IMG/VR virus record: IMGVR_UViG_3300010052_000200
Coordinates: 1-25,689 of that record
Length of the DNA: 25,689 nucleotides
Direction: 5' to 3' (one strand)
Source: a virus
Lineage: Duplodnaviria > Caudoviricetes
The translations under genes and the position numbers were made by a program. Under the pieces are notes generated by a model. That model was not told where the DNA came from and did no database searches. It was given only the letters and a program-made list of their open reading frames with translations. This document shows, in pieces, positions 1 to 9,185 of this stretch. Position 1 is the stretch's first letter. Every line of letters starts with the position of its first letter.

Positions 1-342
1 GAAGACGCTCGTGCCGGTACCCGTGTTTGCATCGGTCCAATTTGCAAGATCGGTGTCGAACGTTCCGTTGAGAACAAGCTCAGTTGCTTCGGCAACGATC
101 TGCCCCAGCGTCTTACCTCCCCACTTAGCTTGATCCAAAGCAAGGCCGATTAACTCACCTACATCATCTGCCAATGTGGGTCCGACGCTCTCCTGGAAGA
201 AACGGTCGAGCTTGGTCGTGTCAAAATAGACCCCATCGGACAGGGAGGCCATGTACGCGGCGAGTTGCGTCTCACCCCAGCCCCCCACGCCCTCACGACT
301 GGACGGAGAGCCGCGCAGGCTCATGCTCATGGACAGGTCCAT
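1..342 (-). CDS. Virion structural protein, possibly head-spike/fibre (partial, runs off the window)
   Basis: Manually translated open frame from ATG at 342 to the window edge: MDLSMSMSLRG...VYFDTTKLDRFFQESVGPTLADDVGELIGLALDQAKW...ELVLNGTFDTDLANW. Starts 4 nt after the stop of the 347..670 gene. Not in the ORF track because it has no stop in the window. Confidence 0.65.
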   Translation of the reverse strand, partial: MDLSMSMSLRGSPSSREGVGGWGETQLAAYMASLSDGVYFDTTKLDRFFQESVGPTLADDVGELIGLALDQAKWGGKTLGQIVAEATELVLNGTFDTDLANWTDANTGTGTSVF

Positions 343-346
343 GCGA

Positions 347-670
347 TCAGATCCCTGAGCCGGAGGTCACATAGACCTTGGCCGAGCCGCTGGCGCAAAT
401 TACCGACAGGTGCGTCGCACCACCTGGCACCGTCACGCCGGTCTCGCGGCCGGCCGCGATCGGCATACCCGTCGCGCCACCATTGTCGGCCGGCACCGCG
501 GCCACAACGGCACTGTCGCCGAAGGCGATGAACACCAAGTCGCTTCCGTCGACGAACAGCCGAGCGGTGCCGCCGACCATCAGGCCGAGACCTGCCAAGG
601 CGAACCGCTCCTGCGTCGTGGTGATGTCGAGACGCTGAGTAGTGCCGACAGGGGAAAACAGGCCGTTCAT
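347..670 (-). CDS. Small beta-rich phage structural protein (possible head-spike base)
   Basis: 107 aa, GGAG RBS upstream, GC-rich third codon positions, located in the head operon. Function inferred from position only. Confidence 0.65.
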   Translation of the reverse strand: MNGLFSPVGTTQRLDITTTQERFALAGLGLMVGGTARLFVDGSDLVFIAFGDSAVVAAVPADNGGATGMPIAAGRETGVTVPGGATHLSVICASGSAKVYVTSGSGI

Positions 671-684
671 GGTCGTGGTCTCCG

Positions 685-1008
685 TCAGAGTTTCTTGAGG
701 CTGATTTCAATCTCGAACCGGCCGTCACCGCCTTGCGGCACCTGCCAGTCGAGGACCTGGTATTGCGCGCCGTCGTCGATCATGTCGCCCTTGGCGAGGT
801 TCGGAAACTTGGCCTTCAGCGCGCGGGTGGTGTGGGTGGCGCCGCGAAGGTCCTGCCCCATCATGTCGAAGCGCTCGGAAACGATCTCCACACCCGAGAT
901 TGCCTTCGCGACCGTCACGGGTGCGCCAGGCGAGTGGGTGTACAGAACGTCTTCGAACAAGGCGAAGGAGGCGGCGTCGAGCACCGCCTCCACGAGGTCG
1001 CGACGCAT
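685..1008 (-). CDS. Head-tail joining / head closure protein (gpFII-like)
   Basis: 107 aa, TGATG overlap with the upstream gene, position after the capsid and DUF2190 genes, 'KGDMIDDGAQYQVLD...GDG' C-terminal pattern. Confidence 0.65.
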   Translation of the reverse strand: MRRDLVEAVLDAASFALFEDVLYTHSPGAPVTVAKAISGVEIVSERFDMMGQDLRGATHTTRALKAKFPNLAKGDMIDDGAQYQVLDWQVPQGGDGRFEIEISLKKL

Positions 1009-1337
1009 CAGATCGTCGGGATCAGCTTGACGCGCATCGTCGCATCGGCCGAGGCCGCGGCCTTCACGCAGATGCCGATCTTGGTATTGCCCGACGAGGT
1101 CTTGGTGACATTCTTGTTGGTGTTGTCCCAGTAGATCACGTCGCCGACCGCGGCAGTCGCGGCGACCGTGTACTTGAGGTCGAACACCCCGGTAGTCTTG
1201 CCTTCGACCGGCTTGGTGTTCAGGGCTGCGCCCACAGCTACGGCGAACAGTGAACCGATCAGGAAGCCGGCGCCGGAGGCAACGTCATAGGGCGCGACGA
1301 GGTCGAGCACATCGCCGTTCTGGATGTAGTTCTTCAT
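1008..1337 (-). CDS. DUF2190-family capsid-associated (cement/decoration-like) protein
   Basis: Start reassigned to MKNYIQNGDVLDL (ATG 1337, GGAG RBS). Motifs 'TTGVFDL', 'GDVIYWD', 'NTKIG' are typical of this family, found after ClpP-capsid fusions. Confidence 0.85.
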   Translation of the reverse strand: MKNYIQNGDVLDLVAPYDVASGAGFLIGSLFAVAVGAALNTKPVEGKTTGVFDLKYTVAATAAVGDVIYWDNTNKNVTKTSSGNTKIGICVKAAASADATMRVKLIPTI

Positions 1338-1384
1338 CAGGAAGTCTCCAAGGTTGAGGTTCGGGCGAGCGTTTCGACGCCTTT

Positions 1385-1423
1385 CAAACAAGGAGGGCGG
1401 CACCGTCGCCGGCACCGCCCTCC
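1385..1423 (-). terminator. Intrinsic terminator or stabilising hairpin after the major capsid gene
   Basis: Minus strand GGAGGGCGGTGCCG-GCGA-CGGTGCCGCCCTCC: 14-bp stem with two G-U pairs and a GNRA loop, followed by TTGTTT. Confidence 0.65.
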
Positions 1424-1446
1424 CCGTCCCCAAACCTGAGTGGTTG

Positions 1447-3600
1447 TTACTGGCCCTTGTAGAGACCGCGGTAGTCGAGCGGGTTGACGCCAGCATCGAG
1501 GCGAACCTTCAGCTCGGTGCCATCCACGGTCCAGCCGTTCTGGCTTTCCACCACCGGCTCCTCGATGCCATCGAGGTAGGTCACCTCGACGGTGTCGAAC
1601 AGGTTCGGGTCGGCCGCGAGATACCAGGTGCTGGCGGTGATCCGCTGGTCGGTGATCGGGGTAGCCAGCCCCTGGGCGGTGTTGGCGACGCCGGCATTCT
1701 TGGCGTCGGTCAAGGTCGAGGTCGACTTGAACAGCTGGTCGAACGTCACCTCGTAGGACGACGAGAGGGCGTAGCGCGGGCGGATGTTCAGCGCGACGGC
1801 GTTCTTTTCGCCGTCCTGCTGCTTGCCCATCGCAGTGCGGGCAGCGGTGGTCGTTGCTTCGGAGGGCGCCGCCAGCGAGCCTGCGAGGTTGCCGTGGTTG
1901 GCATGGAAGAAGGCGGTCCCATCCGACCAGTTGCCCGGCGCGTTAAGGAACGCATAGACCAGGTTGCCGACGGTGCGCTTGGCCGCGCGGCCCATCTTCA
2001 CCGGAAGCGAGCCGAGGATCGACAGGTCATCGTTGATGATCGCCTGACGGGTCACCGCGATCATCTTGCCATAGGTGGCAACAACCACCGTCGTGCCGCG
2101 GTCACCGACCGTCGCGTACTTGTACTCGGCACCCTCCGGCAGCAGGTCGAGGGCCGGGAACAGGCCGAGGTCGACACGGCTCATCGGCTTGAAGTCGGGC
2201 GCCTGCCCCTTGCTGGTCCACAGCTGGAAGGTCTCTTCGGCCTCGACGAAGCCCTTGAGCGCGCTCTTCTGAGCGACGTTCTGCAGGATGTAGCTGAAGT
2301 CCGAAGTCGAGTGCATGCCGCTCGCCATGGTGAACGCGGTGCCCACCATCAGCATCTTGTCCATCCGCCGGACATCTGCGTGCTGCCGCCCGCTGGCGAC
2401 CATGATCGCCTCGCGCGCCAGCTCGACCATGCTGAGGCCGGTGAACTCGTTGCGCTTGCCCTCCTTCAGGCCGACTTTGGCCATCAGTCCCTCGGTTGCG
2501 CCGGCAATGAACCTGTCGCGGGCATCCGCCGTCACCTGAGCGGTCGCGTTCGGTGCCGTGGTGCCCTTCATCTCGGCAACCTTGTCAATGATGGCAGCCA
2601 TCACGGCTTCCTTGGTCGTGTGCGCCGCCATGATGGCGTTGACGGCAACGAGGTCGAGACCGGCCTGGGCGCCACGGTTCATCAGGTCGCGCACGTCGGC
2701 AGCCGACATCTGGGCGACGACGGGAGCAGGCACGGCGGTCGAGGTCTGGGCCGGGCGCTCGAGCATCTTGGCCAGCAGCGCTTCCTTGGCCATCGCCATC
2801 GTGGCGACGCCGGCAGGATTGAACAGCGCGATCAGCGCCGCGAGGTCGATACCCTGCGCGATGGCCTGGTTGCACATGGTGGTGACGTCGGCCGCGGGGG
2901 TCTTGAACCGCGCGGCAAGCATAGCGATGAGCTCGGCGAGCGTCATGCTGGTCTCCTGAGGTTGCGCGGCGGTAGCCGCTTTCGGCTGGAACATGGAAGC
3001 CGACGCCGTAGCCAGCGCCGTCAGCATTTGGGGTGCCTTGTGGTAGAGGCGGTAATCGAACAGCGAGACGGCCTTGGCCTCGATGCCCTGCACTTCATCG
3101 GCAAAGCCTGCAGCGACCGCTTCTTCGGCGCCGTACCAGGTCTCTGCCTTCATGATGTCGCGGGCTGCCGAGACCTCGATCCCGGCCTTCGCTGCGTAGA
3201 TTTTGGCGAACTGATCCGCCATCTTGTTGAGCACGTCGGTGGCCGACTGCATCTCGTCGGCGTTCGCGCCGAACACGTCGACCATCGGGTCGTGGATCAT
3301 CATCAGCGAGCCGGCGCTCATGATGACCGTGTCGCCGGCCATGGCGATCAGGCTGGCCGCCGAGACCGCCGCACCGTCGACGATGACGGTGACTTTGCCA
3401 TCGTGCGCACTCAGCGCGTTGTAGATGGCGAGCCCATCCATCGCGATGCCGCCGCCAGAGTTGAGGCGGACGGTGATATCGCCATTGAGGTGGAGCAGCG
3501 CGTCGAGAACATCGCGTGCGGTGAAGTGGTCGCCACCCCACATGTCATCACCGACGAACCCGTAGAGGACGAGTTCGCCGTTCACGATCAACCAGTGCAT
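1447..3600 (-). CDS. ClpP-like prohead protease / major capsid protein fusion
   Basis: N-terminal ClpP motifs (LNSGGG, DGAAVSAASLIAMAGD, MMIHDP), an Ala/Pro-rich scaffold-like linker, and a capsid domain (HSTSDF, DFKP, TYGKMIAVTRQAIINDDL, LDAGVNPLDYRGLYK). Confidence 0.93.
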   Translation of the reverse strand: MHWLIVNGELVLYGFVGDDMWGGDHFTARDVLDALLHLNGDITVRLNSGGGIAMDGLAIYNALSAHDGKVTVIVDGAAVSAASLIAMAGDTVIMSAGSLMMIHDPMVDVFGANADEMQSATDVLNKMADQFAKIYAAKAGIEVSAARDIMKAETWYGAEEAVAAGFADEVQGIEAKAVSLFDYRLYHKAPQMLTALATASASMFQPKAATAAQPQETSMTLAELIAMLAARFKTPAADVTTMCNQAIAQGIDLAALIALFNPAGVATMAMAKEALLAKMLERPAQTSTAVPAPVVAQMSAADVRDLMNRGAQAGLDLVAVNAIMAAHTTKEAVMAAIIDKVAEMKGTTAPNATAQVTADARDRFIAGATEGLMAKVGLKEGKRNEFTGLSMVELAREAIMVASGRQHADVRRMDKMLMVGTAFTMASGMHSTSDFSYILQNVAQKSALKGFVEAEETFQLWTSKGQAPDFKPMSRVDLGLFPALDLLPEGAEYKYATVGDRGTTVVVATYGKMIAVTRQAIINDDLSILGSLPVKMGRAAKRTVGNLVYAFLNAPGNWSDGTAFFHANHGNLAGSLAAPSEATTTAARTAMGKQQDGEKNAVALNIRPRYALSSSYEVTFDQLFKSTSTLTDAKNAGVANTAQGLATPITDQRITASTWYLAADPNLFDTVEVTYLDGIEEPVVESQNGWTVDGTELKVRLDAGVNPLDYRGLYKGQ

Positions 3601-3606
3601 GGAAGA

Positions 3607-5118
3607 CTACCCTTGCTGCGGGGGAGGGATCGGCGGCGTGGCCGCATCGGCCTTCGCCTTGGCAGCCGCCTCGATGACGACGCCGGAAACGTTAGTGTCG
3701 TAGACGAGCCCAAGCTCGGCCTCGCGGGCCAGCTCCTCGGCGCGTTCTTTGTCGACCAGCTCTGGGTCGTAGCCCTGGCTGCGCAGGAAGCGCGACCGCG
3801 TGCCGAGCCCATCCTTGGTGGCCTGCGCAGCGGCCTTAAGCTCGTTGGCCGGGTCGATCATCTCGCGGCGCGGCGGCGTCCAGCCGATCGAAGTCTCGGC
3901 TGGTACCTTGGCGACGAGGCGTAACCCGTCGAGCACCCACTGTCCGATCTTGTGGCACATCTGCGGCAGGACCATGTGTTCGGTCCAGGCCGCGATATTG
4001 CGGTACATTTCGAGCCAGCCCATGCGGCCCGACGAGAAGTTGACGCCACTGAGGTCGCCAGTCAGCGCCTCGTAGGTGATGCCGAGACCCGCCGCGATGT
4101 CCCGGCCGTTGACGCGGAAGAAGGCCTCGAGGTCGGCGACGACGGGCGGCGTCCCGAAGCTGACGCTCTCGCCCGGCTGCAACCGCTCGATCATCCCCGG
4201 CTCGAGCGTCTCGATCCAGTTGCCGGCCGCGGTCTTGTCGTCGGCATTGGTCGGCGTGCCGGCCATGTCGTTCTTCGTGACGAACGCTGCGAAGCATGCC
4301 GCGATCTTCTGGCGCAGGATGTAGGCATCCTTGGTGTCTTCGAAGTCGCCGAGCCGGACGATCACCGGCGCGATCCACGACACGCCCTTGGCCTGCCCCG
4401 GCCGGTCGATGCGGTAGAGGTGCACCACGTCGGCGGCATCATAGCGCGTGCTCTTGAGCGCACTGTGCCAGGTCACGTCGCCAGGATGACGATCGTAGAG
4501 GTGATAGGCGATTGCCTTGCCGTTGGCGTTGAACTCAATTCCTTCGATCGCAAGGTTGCCATTTGCCTGCCGGCCATGCACCCGATCATCGAAGAAGTCC
4601 GACTCCAGCACCGAGATCTGGAACGGCAGCGGCAGCCCCTCTTTCGAGGTGGCCCGACGCCGGACCATCAGCGCCTCGCCATCCTGCACCGCAGCGTGGA
4701 ACGCCGTCGCCTCCAGCCCGTACAGGTTCTGCCGCCCGGCAGCATCAATCATCGGCGTGTCGCAGTGCGCGTTGACGATCGACTGTAACCCGTCGCGGGT
4801 CTTCGAACTGCGCATGCCGCCGACCGACGGGATGATGCCGGTGCCGATGACGTTGCTGGTCAGCACGCTGAAACCGCGGGCCGCCAGCGGGTTGTTGCGC
4901 GCCAGGTCACGCGCCGCATAGCGCAGCCGCTTCGCGCCACTCAGGACAGCGCTGTTCGCATCGCCCGGCCGGTACCGCCGATTGGCGTTCCGGTGCGAGG
5001 TGCTGGCGCCGTCAAATGCCGACTGCACCATCTGCGCCCGTGCCCGGTTGGCGAGGCGATCGGCACCAGCCTTCGGCGCAAGCCAGAGGATTGCGCGATC
5101 GAGAACGTTGACCTTCAT
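3607..5118 (-). CDS. Phage portal protein, lambda family
   Basis: 503 aa. Motifs ARDLARNNP, GIEFN, HLYRIDRPGQAKGVSW, GITYEALTGDLSGVNFSSGR. Confidence 0.95.
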   Translation of the reverse strand: MKVNVLDRAILWLAPKAGADRLANRARAQMVQSAFDGASTSHRNANRRYRPGDANSAVLSGAKRLRYAARDLARNNPLAARGFSVLTSNVIGTGIIPSVGGMRSSKTRDGLQSIVNAHCDTPMIDAAGRQNLYGLEATAFHAAVQDGEALMVRRRATSKEGLPLPFQISVLESDFFDDRVHGRQANGNLAIEGIEFNANGKAIAYHLYDRHPGDVTWHSALKSTRYDAADVVHLYRIDRPGQAKGVSWIAPVIVRLGDFEDTKDAYILRQKIAACFAAFVTKNDMAGTPTNADDKTAAGNWIETLEPGMIERLQPGESVSFGTPPVVADLEAFFRVNGRDIAAGLGITYEALTGDLSGVNFSSGRMGWLEMYRNIAAWTEHMVLPQMCHKIGQWVLDGLRLVAKVPAETSIGWTPPRREMIDPANELKAAAQATKDGLGTRSRFLRSQGYDPELVDKERAEELAREAELGLVYDTNVSGVVIEAAAKAKADAATPPIPPPQQG

Positions 5119-5315
5119 CAGAAGCCACCCACAACGCGGGCGACGCGGCGACCACCCGACGTGTCTGCGTTGACCTCCCGGCGCATGTCGGCCAGCAGCT
5201 TCCGCATGTCGTCGACGGACTGATACTCGATCTCACCGGATGAGTAGCGGACGCGCTTCACACCCTTGGCCATGGCAGCCTGCAAAGCGTCGATGTCGGA
5301 CTGCGACCAAGCCAT
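5118..5315 (-). CDS. gpW-like head-tail adaptor / head completion protein
   Basis: 65 aa MAWSQSDIDALQAAMAKGVKRVRY...IEYQSVDDM, located between terL and portal as in lambda. Confidence 0.88.
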   Translation of the reverse strand: MAWSQSDIDALQAAMAKGVKRVRYSSGEIEYQSVDDMRKLLADMRREVNADTSGGRRVARVVGGF

Positions 5316-5316
5316 G

Positions 5317-7476
5317 TCAGCTCCTCAGGAAACCTCGGCGCCGACCGCCAAGCCAGCTCTGTCGGGCCGGAACGATCGGCGCCGGCACGGCGACAGGCGG
5401 TACGACGGTAGCGATGCCGTCCGGCACCACGAACCCTTCGATCTTTTCGGCGTAGGCGTTGGCGGGCATCGGGGCCGCCCAGTCGACCGGCTTGTCCCAG
5501 TCGATCTTCTCGCCCCCCTTCACGATCACCACGGCCTTGCCGTACACGGCGAGGTCGAGTGCTTCGTTGCGGAGCACGCCAGGGCGCTTCTCCCACCCCT
5601 TGTCGGTCCGCCGCTCGGCCGCCAGTTCGCCGAACACCCGATCGTCGACGCGATCGAGGACGTTGTACGAACCCTCGCCGATCTCATCGCGGGTAAGCGC
5701 CGAACTGATCTCATCTTTGAGCGCATCGGTGCCGACCCAGATGACCGGCACATCGAGCTGAGTTTTGCGACCGTTCTCGGTGGATCGCTCCGGAAACGCC
5801 ACATAAGCGCGCCGTTGCGTGTCCGGCAGGCCGTGTTTGACGTGGTTGCCGCGCACCAGCATGAACCGCTGGCCAAGTCCACGCTTCCGTGCCCGCCGCC
5901 AAAACTTGTAGGCGTTCTGCGTCACGCCCGGCGCGCCGCCGCTATCGACGACAAGGAATGCCGGCGTCAGCCGGTAGCCAGTCCCATCGACTTCGTAGCG
6001 CCGCTCGCACAGGTCGAACAGCGCATCCCAATCCAGCGGGTACCGCGCCGGGTCGATCGCCCGCTCGCTGTCGTCGGACGGTTTGAACAGCTCGAACCGG
6101 TCGACCAGCGTCCGCTCGAGTTGCTCACCCCAGCTGTCGGCCTGCACCACGAAGCGGTTGGCCTGCACGTCCACCTGGATCGTGATGAACCGGGTGTTCG
6201 ACGGCACGATCCGGCTATCCGGCTCACCGAGATTGATCGCGCGCTTCTTCAGCTCGGTCTCAGTCAGCAGGCTTGCCGACCCCATGGCCCGAGGGCGGTA
6301 GGCATCGCCCTGGTCGACGTTGACCGTCACCTGCAGGGCCTTCTCATCCCCGGTGCGCCGGTAGACTTCCTCGGCATCGAGGTAGGCGGCGACCAGCTTC
6401 GCCCAGGTCTGGAACGATGCGGCCGGCCCGAACATCCAGTAGCTGGCGAGACCCGCCCGAATGACGTTGCCGTCGATGGTGGTTAGCCCCTTGAGGTGAC
6501 CACCCAGCCCGTCGTCGGCTGCTTCATGCAGCCACTTCGACTCGGCCAGCAGTTGGACCTTCAGGTCCGGCGTGGCCCGGAACTCGCAGAGCGGGCAACA
6601 CATCGTCGCCTGCTCTCCAGCCTCCACCGGCGGCGCGCCTTCCGGCCAGCGCAGCAGGCTGAACCTTGGCTCGTAGAGCTTCCCGCAATGCGGGCAGGGC
6701 CAGTACAGCCGGCCGCGCGTTCCCTGCCCATAGAGGCTCAGAATGCCGGTCGTCGGCGGCGGCTCATGCGGCGTCGATGGCTTCCACTCGGCATCGGTGA
6801 TCGGACGGCCGGGCGAGCTTTCCGCCATCACCTTGCCGGTCGAACCCACCGTTGCGGTCCGCTTCTTGCCGAGGGTGAAGGGCTCGCCTTCGCCGTCGAC
6901 ATCCTCGACCATGCGATCGTAGTCGGTGAACAGCACATCCGAGAGCGTCACGCCGCTCAGCTGCCCGATCACCGGCCACCCGATGGTAAGGCGCATGCCA
7001 CCCGCGAACTGCTTGTCGAAGATGTTGTCCGACCGCCGACCCGTCACCAGCCTGGCATTTATTGCCGGCGAGGTGCGGATCATCTTGTCGATGGTGCCCA
7101 GCGAGAACTCGCGGGCGGTATCCTTGTTCATGTGGATGACGCGCACGTCGCGCGGCTGCGTCATGATCCGGTGGCCGATGACGTTGACCACCATGCCGTC
7201 GGTCTTCAGCGTGCGGGCCGGACCGGCGAAGATCACGCCTTCATAGCGGCGCGAGGTCATCATCTCGGCCGGCTCGATCATCTGCGGGGCCGCTTCGTTG
7301 CGCCACGGACCGCGATAGCCGGGCGCGTCGACGACGCGATACTTGGCAGCAGCCTCAGGCACCGTGATCCGCTGCGCCGGGGCGAGGGCTGGCAGCGCCT
7401 CCCGCAAGCACCCCATTACCGAAGCGAACGGTGGCAGAACGCCCTTGTCGCGCCGGTAGTCCGGATCGCGATCCAT
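5317..7476 (-). CDS. terL: Terminase large subunit, lambda GpA family
   Basis: 719 aa. Walker A-like GPARTLKT, Walker B-like VLFTDYDR, ESSP, CPHC/CPLC zinc motif, nuclease motifs VDVQ, VDSGG and RNEALDLAVY. Confidence 0.95.
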   Translation of the reverse strand: MDRDPDYRRDKGVLPPFASVMGCLREALPALAPAQRITVPEAAAKYRVVDAPGYRGPWRNEAAPQMIEPAEMMTSRRYEGVIFAGPARTLKTDGMVVNVIGHRIMTQPRDVRVIHMNKDTAREFSLGTIDKMIRTSPAINARLVTGRRSDNIFDKQFAGGMRLTIGWPVIGQLSGVTLSDVLFTDYDRMVEDVDGEGEPFTLGKKRTATVGSTGKVMAESSPGRPITDAEWKPSTPHEPPPTTGILSLYGQGTRGRLYWPCPHCGKLYEPRFSLLRWPEGAPPVEAGEQATMCCPLCEFRATPDLKVQLLAESKWLHEAADDGLGGHLKGLTTIDGNVIRAGLASYWMFGPAASFQTWAKLVAAYLDAEEVYRRTGDEKALQVTVNVDQGDAYRPRAMGSASLLTETELKKRAINLGEPDSRIVPSNTRFITIQVDVQANRFVVQADSWGEQLERTLVDRFELFKPSDDSERAIDPARYPLDWDALFDLCERRYEVDGTGYRLTPAFLVVDSGGAPGVTQNAYKFWRRARKRGLGQRFMLVRGNHVKHGLPDTQRRAYVAFPERSTENGRKTQLDVPVIWVGTDALKDEISSALTRDEIGEGSYNVLDRVDDRVFGELAAERRTDKGWEKRPGVLRNEALDLAVYGKAVVIVKGGEKIDWDKPVDWAAPMPANAYAEKIEGFVVPDGIATVVPPVAVPAPIVPARQSWLGGRRRGFLRS

Positions 7477-7477
7477 C

Positions 7478-8074
7478 CTACTCGGCTGCCATCTTGTAGG
7501 AGGGCTCGCCGGCCAGGAGGCCGATCCGCTTTTCTGCTTCGGCCAGCACGTTGTCGCAAAGCTCGATCGCCAGGATCAAGGCCTTGCCGTTGAGCCCCAC
7601 CTCCCGCTCCAGCCGATCCGGGAACGCCGTCATCGCCTCGCGGAAGATCTTGAACACCTCTTCCCACGCTTCGACGACATCGCCACGACGCACCAGGTCG
7701 AGGCGCTGCAGCGCCGCCATCATGAACGCCGCCTCGGCGTCATACGCCTCCCGCCGCTCGCGCGGGCTCAGGGTGCGATCACTGTCGGCGAGGTCGTTGC
7801 CGCCGATCAGCGCCAGGCGCATCTGCTGCACCGCGCTTTCGGCGATTGTCCGCTTCTCGCTTTCGGCCCGCTCGCGACCTTTCAGCCACGCCCAGCACGC
7901 CGAGAGCTGGAATTCCCATGCCCGCCCGTTCGTACCCTCGACCAAGCATGGCATGCCGTCGACAATGTAGCGATCGATGGTCGGTTCAGATTTGTTGAGG
8001 GCTCGCGCGAGTTCGCCGCGATTGAGAACGGCATCGACCACGCCAGCCGGCAAGCCGGTCTCGCTGGTATCCAT
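7478..8074 (-). CDS. terS: Terminase small subunit, Nu1/DUF1441-like
   Basis: N-terminal winged-HTH pattern LNRGELARALNKSEPTIDRYIVDGMP, then a coiled-coil region. Lies directly upstream of terL. Confidence 0.88.
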   Translation of the reverse strand: MDTSETGLPAGVVDAVLNRGELARALNKSEPTIDRYIVDGMPCLVEGTNGRAWEFQLSACWAWLKGRERAESEKRTIAESAVQQMRLALIGGNDLADSDRTLSPRERREAYDAEAAFMMAALQRLDLVRRGDVVEAWEEVFKIFREAMTAFPDRLEREVGLNGKALILAIELCDNVLAEAEKRIGLLAGEPSYKMAAE

Positions 8075-8140
8075 CGATCTCTCTGAAAAACAACATCAAC
8101 CTAAAGCTGACACTCGGCAAAAGCCGAAAAAGGCGCGATG

Positions 8141-8187
8141 CAAGCGCTAAGACGCCCCACATGAGTTTTGACCTCCGGGAAGGACCC
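8141..8187 (-). other. Putative cos packaging site (cosQ plus cosN)
   Basis: Minus strand GGGTCCT (8187-8181, identical to lambda cosQ), then 23 nt, then GGGCGTCTTAGC (8157-8146). The spacing matches lambda cosQ to the cohesive end. Lies just upstream of terS. Confidence 0.7.
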
Positions 8188-8415
8188 AAAGGCCGAGCCG
8201 GACCGCAAATTTGCGGCCCGACCCGGTTTGGAGGTCGCACAGACTTAGGATCAGAAACACGAAGCCCGCCGCTGTTGCCAGGGCGGGCGTATGGCTTTGG
8301 GCACAAAGCGGGCGGTCGGCATATCGGTGATGCCTGGGTCCACTCGCCGCTCGGGTATCGCGCTTCAATGTAAAGCGGCCTGCGACGGATCAGCGGGTCG
8401 TCCGTTGGGATGGGA

Positions 8416-8445
8416 AGCTATGGTGCTTCGCCTGATTTGGTCAAG
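8416..8445 (-). promoter_or_regulatory. Putative late promoter (pR'-like)
   Basis: CTTGAC-N17-CATAGC on the minus strand immediately after the antiterminator stop codon, pointing into the head operon. Confidence 0.4.
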
Positions 8446-8455
8446 AGGCCTCGCG

Positions 8456-9172
8456 CTAATCGTCCACCGGCTCTAGATCGGACACCTTGAGCGGAAACTC
8501 CTGCTCGGCCTTGCCGAACAGTGGCAGCAACACCTTGGCAGCAAGCCCGTCGATAGCCGACACCCTCGCCTGCAGGCCTGCAAGCGATCCTTCAACCACC
8601 TGCACCATGTCACCCACCTTGAACTCCCGGCCCGCCTGCATGCCCATATGCTCAAACTCGACAGGCGCCTCAAGCGTACCGTTCACCTTCACGAACTCAG
8701 CTGTCTTCTCGCCATCCATGCGCCAGGCCCGCTCGCCCAGCCCGACAACCGACACCACCATACTGATCGAGAACACCTGCTCCCACGGCGCCACCGCACC
8801 GATCAGCCGCTCGACCTTCTTTCCGCTCCTCAGCCTGACAACTACCCGCTCGCCACCTCGCAGCTGCGCCTCGCTGAACCCGATCAGCACGTAGCGCGGC
8901 GCGATCACGTAGCTCCGCTTGGTCTTTCGCTTCACGAACCGATTGGCCCGCCGATACTCGGTGTGCATCGGCACGATGGCGACGAAGCCGCGCCGCTCGA
9001 GAATTGCCTCAACCGCGAACTCAGTGCCGGCCCTCACCTCGATCGCATACCAGTGGAGCGCCGCCAGCAGCCGCTTCGGCCACACCAGGGCCGCCCGCGC
9101 CGCGCTCAACCGCTTCGGTCCCGGCCGATCCTCGGTCCGCTCTACCCCATCCTTGTCCCGCCAAGTCGCCAT
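8456..9172 (-). CDS. NusG/RfaH-family transcription antiterminator (NGN + KOW)
   Basis: NGN motifs WYAIEVRAGTE and APRYVLIGF, KOW motif FKVGDMVQVVEGSLAG...KVLLPLFG. Start reassigned to ATG 9172. Sits where lambda has Q. Confidence 0.88.
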   Translation of the reverse strand: MATWRDKDGVERTEDRPGPKRLSAARAALVWPKRLLAALHWYAIEVRAGTEFAVEAILERRGFVAIVPMHTEYRRANRFVKRKTKRSYVIAPRYVLIGFSEAQLRGGERVVVRLRSGKKVERLIGAVAPWEQVFSISMVVSVVGLGERAWRMDGEKTAEFVKVNGTLEAPVEFEHMGMQAGREFKVGDMVQVVEGSLAGLQARVSAIDGLAAKVLLPLFGKAEQEFPLKVSDLEPVDD

Positions 9173-9185
9173 GAGCCGCCCTCTT

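Noticed and set aside
1354-3924. 856-aa plus-strand ORF and other long plus-strand ORFs (5266..6486, 6496..7593, 9551..10828, 11605..12720, 14998..16092, 16639..17643)
   Set aside because: Antisense shadows of well-supported GC-rich minus-strand genes, with no recognisable motifs.
4549-4560. CGCAAGGTTGCC in the portal gene as another copy of the dispersed palindrome
   Set aside because: Lacks the AT core and outer CC/GG pairs; likely chance.
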